Below are positions 21,801 to 28,500 of a DNA stretch of 64,000 nt, piece by piece (position 1 is the first letter of the stretch; the number at the start of each line of letters is the position of its first letter). The DNA is from Syntrophales bacterium (GTDB taxonomy: Bacteria; Desulfobacterota; Syntrophia; Syntrophales; UBA2185): NCBI GenBank assembly GCA_052144335.1, contig JBKQQP010000026.1, forward strand, positions 135,768 through 199,767, given 5' to 3'. The position numbers and the translations under genes were made by a program. Below the pieces are notes generated by a model. It had not been told where the DNA came from. It searched no databases and saw nothing but the letters and a program-made list of their open reading frames with translations.

Positions 21801-22467
21801 ATTCACCCGTGGATCTCTGGGATGCGGGATCATACTCCCTGATTGATTCCAGTTCGTCCCCGATGAACTCCATCCTGACCGGTCGGAGAGTCGTGGGAGG
21901 AAAGATATCTATCACGTGGCCGCGCAAACTGAATTGGCCTTTTTCATCCGCCAGTGTAACCCTCTTGTAACCCCCTTGTGATAATTTTTGAACGAGATTA
22001 TCCCTGTCTATCATGTCCCCGATGGAGATCAATTCGATGTAGGCTCGGAGGACTTTTCGAGGCATGACCTTTTGCATAAGAGCCTTGAGCGGTACTACGA
22101 CTACGGCCTGCTTACCCATGATGAATCTGCAGAGGATCTCCATGCGGGACAATTCCACATCCTGATGAAAATCCAGCATGTCCATAGAAGAAAAATCCCA
22201 CGGCGGATAGAGGAAGGTGTTGTTTTCGCCGTTTATGAAAAAGGAAATATCCTGGCGGATATCATTAGCTTCCTTCTCCGTTGGTGCGATCACGATCAGT
22301 GTCCTGTGAGTATGTTTGGAGATTAACGAGAGGAGGAAGGATCTTGCCGAACCTCGAAGGCCGCTGACAGTCAGTTCTTTCTCTCCCCCCCTTATCCGAT
22401 CAAAGAGGGATGTAAAGGGAGGACTGCCCAAATTTTTTTCTTTGTGAATGAATTTTCTCACGTACAC
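18856..22467 (-). CDS. mfd: Transcription-repair coupling factor
   Basis: 1203 aa with a UvrB-homology N-terminus, a CarD/RNAP-interacting domain and SF2 helicase motifs (GDAGFGKTEVA, DEEQRFGV, TATPIPRT, QLYQIRGRVGRS). Confidence 0.95.
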   Translation of the reverse strand: MYVRKFIHKEKNLGSPPFTSLFDRIRGGEKELTVSGLRGSARSFLLSLISKHTHRTLIVIAPTEKEANDIRQDISFFINGENNTFLYPPWDFSSMDMLDFHQDVELSRMEILCRFIMGKQAVVVVPLKALMQKVMPRKVLRAYIELISIGDMIDRDNLVQKLSQGGYKRVTLADEKGQFSLRGHVIDIFPPTTLRPVRMEFIGDELESIREYDPASQRSTGELADFTLTPAREVILSEERRQHAIENIKHRSLELELSRMVKNNLIGMLENGLISSVNPMYLPLFYESLEKGAVGNVSEHQAEAERQDAAGALGTLFDFVPENSILTLDDPPAIEKARENIEDEIDRFLLKARGGEKFYLQKESFYLTEEAILRQSDNFQKVLLESLHITDARHNENDTASSTIEIRTDMDWRPSPASPRPREGDGLLKPLAEKIKEWLHEGYLVQFLGTGQEEVERLDHLLEQYSLPVTRSKTSFTVDVEAHRGGGLLVIREGKLTGGFRLPDLKLIVITEEEIFGKKIPRRRARHVREGYFLKSFGDLKEGDYAVHTDHGIGVYRGLQKLVISEIENDFLLLEYLDCDKLYIPIDRLDQIQRYIGPEGVTPRIDKLGGSSWEAAKEKVKKSVREVAEELVSIYAAREVMEGHAFSAPDRIYDEFCSTFEYEETPDQSRSIEDVLLDMGHEKPMDRLVCGDAGFGKTEVALRASFRAAMEAKQVAILVPTTILAEQHYQTFSRRLKDYPVCVEVLNRLKTKKAQRAIVEGVNTGIVDIVIGTHRLLQKDVVFKDLGLVIIDEEQRFGVTHKEKLKKLRTLVDVLTLTATPIPRTLHLSLVGIRDLSIINTAPEDRLPIRTSVFEFSEDIIRDSIRQEINRNGQVFFLHDRVQSIYTMARLVERLVPEARIGVVHGRMKSADIEDTMAKFVRGDYNCLVCTSIIASGLDIPTANTIIINRADRFGLAQLYQIRGRVGRSKEEAYACLLVPKGVMLSRDTRRRLRVIMDFTEPGSGFRLASNDLEIRGAGNILGTSQSGQIAAVGYELYTELMERTIREIKGEEKPVEDAKPEIHLGLPAFIPEDYMPDVHRRLVTYKRLSMASSDEDVEKIREEIVDCYGFVPSQLENLFQVIGIRNLLTVVKGKKMVYDGKNMLIDFSRESPVNPSRIVELARKKMEGIRLTRDFKLSVLMPGLRAGDVTRQAKELLRLLIN

Positions 22468-22841
22468 AAAACTCTACAATCCCCCTTCAAGGGAAAAACA
22501 GAGGATCAAACTTATTTCTTATACTATGCACTAAGTTGCGAAATGGCAAGCATCATCCCATGGCTTGCTCGCCAGGAAATCTCACCTATATCATACACAT
22601 GTTTTATTCAAGGGCAAAGATTCTCACCTTAGTTATTGACAAGGAAGAGCATTTGGGATAGCTATTTCCCGGGACCATTATATAGAGAGAGCTTTGAAAA
22701 TCTCCCCTCTGTCATTACGGCGGAAGGGAGAAATATTATAAACCGATGAAAAATTGTATCATTGCACATGCGTGAACTGTGTGCATTGCTGATGCAACGG
22801 TTGGACTTCGCAGGAGATCAGGATTTTTTCGATATTAAACT

Positions 22842-24083
22842 ATGATCAGCCTTGAAGATGCTTTGCATAAGATTCTTGAGGCCTTTGTTCCCTTAGGGCA
22901 GGAGAATGTTAACATTCTGGATTCCTTGGGGAGGGTTATCGGCGAGGATATTTACGCAACCAGAAAGATCCCGCCGAGAGATAACTCAGCCATGGATGGA
23001 TACGCCGTACGCTGGGAAGATACCCGTGGCGCTTCGAAAGAAAAGCCCATCATCCTCAATGTCATCGAGGACATACCCGCAGGAGCCATTCCCAAGGAAG
23101 ACGTCGGCGAAGGTGAGTCATCGAGAATCATGACCGGTGCTCCTGTCCCCGGTGGCGCCAATGCCGTTGTGAGGGTGGAAGATACGGCGAAGTGCGGGCG
23201 GAGAGTCAAAATATTCGCGCAGGCCCAAAAAGGTCAGGATATCAGGCTTGCAGGCGAAGATATCAGAGATGGAGAACTCGTCATTTCTCATGGCGACGTC
23301 ATCAGGCCGGCGGAAATAGGAATGCTTGCGTCACTGGGCCGCTCTTTTGTAAGCGTATACCAGAAACCCTTGGTTGCCGTAGTCGCAACTGGAGATGAAC
23401 TGGTTGACATTGACGAAAGTCCGAATCCGTGGCAGATAGTGAGCAGCAATAGCTATTCCCTTGCCGCTCAGATTATTGACTGTGGTGGGATTCCCCTTCA
23501 GATAGGCATAGCGAAAGATACCAGAGATGACCTTGTCTCGAAATTCAAAGCCGCCCTGCGGGCCGATATTATTGTCTCATCGGGCGGCGTATCAGTAGGA
23601 GATTATGATCTCGTTAAGGATGTCATGAAGGAAGTGGGGAACAAAATGCAATTCTGGAAGGTTGCCATGAGACCTGGAAGACCACTTGCCTTCGGCTCGA
23701 TGGGTGGCGTACCGATGTTCGGGCTTCCCGGCAATCCCGTATCATCGATGGTGGCCTTTGAACAGTTTGTCAGACCGTCTATGTTGAAGATGATGGGCCA
23801 TAAGAATCTGTTTAGGAGAACTGTCAAGGCGACGATCCTTAAAGACATCACAAAAAACAGAGGGGCGAAGCATTTCATAAGAGCCAGCGTTGAATATAGA
23901 AACGGAAAGTTTACCGTCGTATCTACGGGAAATCAGGGTTCCGGCATACTGAAGTCAATGGTCAAGGCAAATGGTCTGATCATTCTGCCGGAGAATTCGA
24001 CATCAGCCAAAAAGGGTGATGAGGTAACCGTTCAGTTGCTTGACGGATCTCTCGAACATACACTTAAACCTCAGTATCCATAA
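22842..24083 (+). CDS. moeA: Molybdopterin molybdotransferase
   Basis: NSAMDGYAV, TGAPVP.GA.AVV, VSSGGVSVGDYD and PGNPVSS motifs. Confidence 0.9.
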   Translation: MISLEDALHKILEAFVPLGQENVNILDSLGRVIGEDIYATRKIPPRDNSAMDGYAVRWEDTRGASKEKPIILNVIEDIPAGAIPKEDVGEGESSRIMTGAPVPGGANAVVRVEDTAKCGRRVKIFAQAQKGQDIRLAGEDIRDGELVISHGDVIRPAEIGMLASLGRSFVSVYQKPLVAVVATGDELVDIDESPNPWQIVSSNSYSLAAQIIDCGGIPLQIGIAKDTRDDLVSKFKAALRADIIVSSGGVSVGDYDLVKDVMKEVGNKMQFWKVAMRPGRPLAFGSMGGVPMFGLPGNPVSSMVAFEQFVRPSMLKMMGHKNLFRRTVKATILKDITKNRGAKHFIRASVEYRNGKFTVVSTGNQGSGILKSMVKANGLIILPENSTSAKKGDEVTVQLLDGSLEHTLKPQYP

Positions 24084-24089
24084 CAGTGC

Positions 24090-24187
24090 GGAAGTGCCAA
24101 GGTCACTGGTGGGCCTCCTGGACTTCAAATCCAGTGTGGGGCGCTAGAACCGTCCCAGGTGGGTTCGATTCCCATGCACTTCCGCCA
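24090..24187 (+). tRNA. selC: tRNA-Sec (anticodon UCA)
   Basis: The 98-nt sequence GGAAGTGC...GCACTTCC-G-CCA forms a perfect 8-bp acceptor stem. It has a 5-bp T stem with a TTCGATT loop, an anticodon loop CTTCAAA (TCA at 24125-24127) and a long variable arm. The segment CTGGACTTCAAATCCAG is identical to that of E. coli selC as I remember it. Confidence 0.9.
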
Positions 24188-24416
24188 TTTTATCTTTAAG
24201 TTTCAATCACTTAACATTTTAAAAGCGTGCCGATGGCGTGCCGATAGACATGGATAATTCTGGGTGAATATCAGTAGCAGAAATGTGTCTTGGATTGATT
24301 ATTGCATTTACTACTTAAAGAGATCGAGTAAATGACCGATAGATGATTCAGGTATTTCCCTATTGAATTTTTATCAAAAGCAATGGTATAGAAGCAAGCA
24401 CCATACGGTGCAAAAC

Positions 24417-24971
24417 ATGATTCCCTACCAAAAAGAGAAAATTGAGAACGCGATTCTTTTCTTCGCAAACGAACAGGCTAAGTCTGCCCGCAAGCCTTTA
24501 TATCAGACCTATCTATTTAAATATCTCGCCTTCCTTGATTTTGAATGCTTAAAGGAAACTGGACGTCCGTCTCTCGGATTGACTTATAAGGCCCTTAAGA
24601 AAGGGCCAGTCCCTATAGATTTGTATAATCAGAATATCACATTTGAAAGTTTTGAGTATGTAACTGATGAATTGGGAAAATTCATTAAGCCAAAGAAAAA
24701 GCCAGACATGAATTTCTTTTCCAAATTGGAGTTGAAAATAATGAATCGCCTGGTAGAAATCTATGCACAAAATTACATCATGTCAAAGCATATAAGCGAT
24801 GCCAGCCACGAGGCAATTTTGGCATGGAAAAGAACGTGGCGAAGCGATCCAAACGGAATTATAGATTACAGCTTGAATTTTGACGGGAACGTACTTAAGA
24901 AGTCACACGATAAGTTAACCTACCAAGAAGAAAATTATCTCTTACATTGCGCTTTTGATGATCCCCATTGA
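24417..24971 (+). CDS. Panacea-domain (DUF4065, SocA-like) putative antitoxin
   Basis: The block KIENAILFFANE...LYQTYLFKYLAFLDFECLKETGRPSLGLTYKALKKGPVPIDLY matches the Panacea/DUF4065 pattern (KLxKLLYfaD...G.PL....Y.A...GPV). The region is AT-richer than its flanks. Start taken at MIPYQ (24417). Confidence 0.7.
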   Translation: MIPYQKEKIENAILFFANEQAKSARKPLYQTYLFKYLAFLDFECLKETGRPSLGLTYKALKKGPVPIDLYNQNITFESFEYVTDELGKFIKPKKKPDMNFFSKLELKIMNRLVEIYAQNYIMSKHISDASHEAILAWKRTWRSDPNGIIDYSLNFDGNVLKKSHDKLTYQEENYLLHCAFDDPH

Positions 24972-25420
24972 AACCTGGCTCCGTATTTAGATGGATAGAT
25001 TTTCCCCCTCGGTTTGGTGAAATCGTAAAGCCGCGATGGTTTGTCTTACTCGGAACCACTGGCTACTTTGCCCAGGTTGCTTTGGTTCATTGTGCTACAA
25101 CTACAGCCCAAACCGAACATTACCTCCCAGGTGGTAGCCGAGAAAAAAAGGATCATTGGAAAATTCAAGTGAGAGAAATTTCTTTCTTTGAACAGGATTG
25201 CATTCTTGATTTTGATGAGCAGCCATTTTCTATTCCATTGTCTCAACTTGAAGGAGCCTTAAGTCAGGGACAAATAGAGGAAAAGGGGGTATTACCCGAA
25301 GATAAAATCCGAATGGTTTATAATCGAATCTTGAAATCAGAAGGATATTCGCGACAAATTCTTATGGATATACATGACAGCCTAAACAGGATTGGAATTT
25401 CAAATCTGAAAAAACCTTGA
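24968..25420 (+). CDS. Unknown 150-aa protein translationally coupled to the Panacea gene (candidate toxin partner)
   Basis: The TTG start overlaps the upstream TGA (TTGA). The N-terminus GSVFRWIDFPPRFGEIVKPRWFVLLG is reminiscent of the PemK/MazF-type SH3-like N-terminal strand pattern. This is inference only. Confidence 0.5.
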   Translation: MKPGSVFRWIDFPPRFGEIVKPRWFVLLGTTGYFAQVALVHCATTTAQTEHYLPGGSREKKDHWKIQVREISFFEQDCILDFDEQPFSIPLSQLEGALSQGQIEEKGVLPEDKIRMVYNRILKSEGYSRQILMDIHDSLNRIGISNLKKP

Positions 25421-25603
25421 ATCAAATCCTTACCCCAGCCTAAGCATTCAATTTGTCGCCCTCGCAATAATTTCCCGAATCGTTCAGCGCGGGTCCTCTC
25501 CCGCGGCCACTGGAAGAAAACAGGATGAAACAACGGGTTCACTCAAGGGCGGTAGGGTCGCCAGCAAACCAAAAGATGGCAATTTACAGTTATTGAGTAC
25601 ACC

Positions 25604-25625
25604 TACTCTTATAAGGCCTCCTCCT
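25604..25625. repeat. Inverted repeat, left copy (TACTCTTATAAGGCCTCCTCCT)
   Basis: TAAGGCCTCCTCCT (25612-25625) is the exact reverse complement of 27257-27270. The outer 8 nt match 6 of 8. Confidence 0.8.
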
Positions 25626-26152
25626 GTCAATAGATAAATTTATCCACCAACGAAAATTGTTTTCTTCCGCTCTTTCAAAAAACGAACCATCTGACCGTTG
25701 TCAGTAATTCTGACTTGGTTTCAAAATGGGTGCCGGGAGAATGATCCTGCACCATACACTTATAGAGGTTCAACTACCTGTTCAATCTGCCCAGGGGAAA
25801 GATAGAGTCCCTTGAGCGTTTAGGCAGCTGCAAGGAGAACGCATCTCCTTGCGACCTAGAAAATATACCGTACCCTCGTGCCGTCCTAATCAAATGACGG
25901 GGTATAGGGATCATCCCCAGTAAGTAGCAGGTTCGGTTGAGGGGCAGAACCTTTCCAACGAGCCAAAGAGCACGTTATGGAAAATTGCAGGAGCGGAACA
26001 GACCTCCAATCAACTCAAGGGAATACCGGGTTTATTCGTCATATCATCGAATATGCGTTCATGGACGCAAGGGCTTTCTCTCTCGATGCGGATATATGCT
26101 CGTACCCATAGTTGTTCCATTAGGTGTCCGGGCTGATCCGTTCCCTCCATGA

Positions 26153-27196
26153 TTATAGGTTTAAGAATTTCTTTTGGTCGAAAGCCTCCTTGTTCTTGAG
26201 CATGAAGTAAACAGCCCGTCCCAATTTATGGGCAAGGATAGACAGGGCTTTTGATTTGCCGTGTTTCCTGGTAAGCCTGTCCAGATATTTCTTTGCCGGG
26301 TCATTGCCTTTGAGAAAAAAGACGGCGGCCTCGGAGAAGGCCCACTTGAGGTGAACGTTTCCTATTTTACTGCCGCCGGAGCCGCATTTTTTCCCATTGG
26401 ATTCTTTTGCACATTTTACGAGGCGGCTGTATGAGGCAAAGTCCTGCACACTGGCAAAGCGGCGGATATTTTCTATTTCGTACAGTATGATCAGGGCGAT
26501 GATTTTTCCAACCCCGTGGATGGTCTGGAGTAAGGCATAAGAAACCGGGTCGTGGTTATTGGCCAGTTTAATGATCGATTTCTCGAGTTGCGATAAGATG
26601 CCGTCATAAGTCCTGATCATTTCAATATCCACGGCAATGCTTTTCTGCACGGAAGGATGTTCAAATTGCCCGGCAATGCCGTTCCTGTTCTGATGTCTTG
26701 AGATGGGGCCAAAGGAATCAGGCAGGTTGTACTGGCTGTTGGTGTTCTGGATGTGAGCGTAGAGTTCGGAGCGTTTTCTCATAAGGTGATTCCGGCGTCT
26801 CATGAGATCACGCGTGGCTCTCATCTTCGCTGGATATACATAGGCCATGGGCATCATGCCCCCCCTGAGGAGTACGGCGATCTTTTGGGAGTCGATCTTG
26901 TCGTTTTTTGCTTTTCCGCCATGGATTGCCTTCATGTAGAGTGCATGTCCGAGGACAAAGGGAATGCCTTCTTTGTGGCAAAGATCGGCTACCCAGTACC
27001 AGGTAAAGATGCATTCTACGGCAACAACGATGTCCTCACGAAAGGGAGCGATGGCTTTGAGAAAGGCATCACTGTCGGTTTTCAGGTTGCGGTGTTCCCT
27101 GATTTCTCCTCTTTCATCAAGGATGCAGATATACATTTTTCTTGTGTGCAGGTCGATTCCACAGTAGTACTTGTGCTGATTGGTGTAAAATCTCAT
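26153..27196 (-). CDS. IS110-family transposase (DEDD recombinase)
   Basis: N-terminal YCGIDLHTRKMYICILDERGE (DEDD_Tnp_IS110-like) and a C-terminal Transposase_20-like block (IHGVGKIIALIILYEIENIRRF...FASYSRLV...SGG...GN..LKWAF.EAA). Confidence 0.9.
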   Translation of the reverse strand: MRFYTNQHKYYCGIDLHTRKMYICILDERGEIREHRNLKTDSDAFLKAIAPFREDIVVAVECIFTWYWVADLCHKEGIPFVLGHALYMKAIHGGKAKNDKIDSQKIAVLLRGGMMPMAYVYPAKMRATRDLMRRRNHLMRKRSELYAHIQNTNSQYNLPDSFGPISRHQNRNGIAGQFEHPSVQKSIAVDIEMIRTYDGILSQLEKSIIKLANNHDPVSYALLQTIHGVGKIIALIILYEIENIRRFASVQDFASYSRLVKCAKESNGKKCGSGGSKIGNVHLKWAFSEAAVFFLKGNDPAKKYLDRLTRKHGKSKALSILAHKLGRAVYFMLKNKEAFDQKKFLNL

Positions 27197-27197
27197 G

Positions 27198-27267
27198 GGC
27201 TTCCTCCTTCTTCTGGTATTATTTTGTCTTGCTAAAAACGAAATATACCATGTTTTAGGAGGAGGCC
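27198..27267 (-). promoter_or_regulatory. RBS-sequestering long-range hairpin in the transposase 5' leader
   Basis: GGCTTCCTCCT (27198-27208, which contains the complement of the transposase SD AGGAGGAAGCC) pairs with AGGAGGAGGCC (27257-27267) with one mismatch over 11 bp. The loop is about 48 nt. Confidence 0.45.
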
Positions 27268-27277
27268 TTAAATAGTA
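27257..27277. repeat. Inverted repeat, right copy (AGGAGGAGGCCTTAAATAGTA)
   Basis: Reverse complement of the left copy. It also pairs with the transposase RBS region. Confidence 0.8.
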
Positions 27278-27460
27278 TCAAATCCACAGGCTTCAGGTAA
27301 GAAATACACTGAAGATTATCATTTGAATTATAGTATCTAACGGTACTTTTAAATTATCCAGCAAGCACGAGCAGAAATCTAAAGTTTACCAGTTGTTCGC
27401 AACTAATCGTCAAGTTGCCTGACCATGTAAAACATAGAATGAGTAGGGACGATATGGATA

Positions 27461-27871
27461 CTACTTTAACTTTTCTCTCGTAAGGTCGTCAGCGATCTTG
27501 TCATGCACGAGTTGTGATCCAAGCCTGTCACCCATAACGCCTATCCGCACGGAAACAGTGGTAACATCTTTCGCCTTATAATTTGCGGTAATCTGAACCT
27601 TTTCATTTTCAACCATCGCGGTTATCTTCCCTGAGCCTATCTCTTTGACGGGTTCAACGTCTAAACCGCGCATATCTGCCAGAGTTTTTTCACAGGCTGA
27701 CCATACCCTATCAAAAGAATAGTAGTAATCCGTTTTGAGCTCGCCATTGACGTAGAAGTATGTTCCCGAACCTGCTCCAACGGCAGCGCCGCTTACGACT
27801 GCTGCTGCGCAGCCGGAGGTGAAGAAAACTACGATGATTAATAATGCTAGCCAGTCTTTTTCGACAGTCAT
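27461..27871 (-). CDS. Lipoprotein, DUF3568-like
   Basis: Signal peptide with lipobox FFTSGC, Gly/Ala-rich stretch, then a YYYSFDRVWSACEKTLADM...KITA block resembling DUF3568. Confidence 0.65.
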   Translation of the reverse strand: MTVEKDWLALLIIVVFFTSGCAAAVVSGAAVGAGSGTYFYVNGELKTDYYYSFDRVWSACEKTLADMRGLDVEPVKEIGSGKITAMVENEKVQITANYKAKDVTTVSVRIGVMGDRLGSQLVHDKIADDLTREKLK

Positions 27872-28098
27872 AGAACCTCCTCTCCATGTAAGATCATTTA
27901 TCGGCTATCTCTGTTTGGTCATTTCTTCTTCACCGGCATGAATAGGAATGGGTTCCGGTTTCATCTCAGTGAAAAATAACGCCGTGGGGATCATATTTAT
28001 ATGTTCTAACATTCTCAAAACAGTCTACCTCTCAATCAGTACAAAGAACTGAGTCCTTTCATGAGAATAAAAGGCACGAGTATAATTATATTATATAA

Positions 28099-28467
28099 TC
28101 ATACTGAATATGTTTCTGTACCATGGCGGAGAATTTTCCTGAAGAGGACTTTTGTGGCATATTTAATCAATGTCCGTGCGTATTGGGCTCCTGCAAGCCA
28201 GGCGCCGGCGAGAAATACCAGGTGGGAAAAACCGTAGGTAATCGGTCCGCAAAGAACGATGATCATTGGTTCCCGTGAGTGGACTGCCAGTATGCCCAGT
28301 GCCATGACTGCCGGCCATCCGATGATATAACTGAATCCGACGAGTGCAAGACCGATGATCATCCTTGGTGTGGGCCGTTTCCAGATAACCTTCATATCCG
28401 TCTGATCTTCCATTGCTTCACGGATGTATTTCGTTTTGGCAAGACGTTCGGCGATTTTTCGAATCAT
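28099..28467 (-). CDS. Small integral membrane protein (about 3 TM helices), unknown function
   Basis: Hydrophobic segments MIIGLALVGFSYIIGWPAVMALGILAV, MIIVLCGPITYGFSHLVFLAGAWLAG. Confidence 0.5.
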   Translation of the reverse strand: MIRKIAERLAKTKYIREAMEDQTDMKVIWKRPTPRMIIGLALVGFSYIIGWPAVMALGILAVHSREPMIIVLCGPITYGFSHLVFLAGAWLAGAQYARTLIKYATKVLFRKILRHGTETYSV

Positions 28468-28500
28468 ATGTGCAGGCTTTTCTTAATGGAATATGGAAAT

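Larger units (their letters stand above)
25604..27277 (-). mobile_element. IS110-family insertion sequence (IS1111-like layout: short 5' end, long non-coding 3' end, subterminal inverted repeats)
   Basis: The transposase ORF 26153-27196 is bracketed by inverted repeats at 25604-25625 and 27257-27277. About 0.53 kb of non-coding sequence lies downstream of the ORF inside the repeats. True ends may extend a few bp beyond the repeats. Confidence 0.6.

Noticed and set aside
22633-22841. Possible Moco riboswitch or structured leader upstream of moeA (hairpins TCTCCC...GGGAGA and TGCACA...TGTGCA)
   Set aside because: I cannot match the conserved Moco-motif nucleotides from memory, and the hairpins are short. 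A covariance-model scan (Rfam RF01055) is needed before any claim.
25500-25540. GCCACTGG string resembling the B12-box of cobalamin riboswitches, interesting given the many B12-dependent enzymes
   Set aside because: The surrounding sequence lacks the other conserved cobalamin riboswitch blocks, and no gene lies downstream on that strand. It lies just outside the IS110 element.
25937-26152. 71-aa plus-strand ORF in the IS110 non-coding tail
   Set aside because: No RBS, Arg/Pro-rich composition, and it lies inside the element on the strand opposite the transposase. More likely non-coding.
24188-27460. Direct repeat of the selC 3' end (attL/attR) and an integrase gene that would define a genomic island
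   Set aside because: Neither was found by eye, so the region is described only as an accessory patch.
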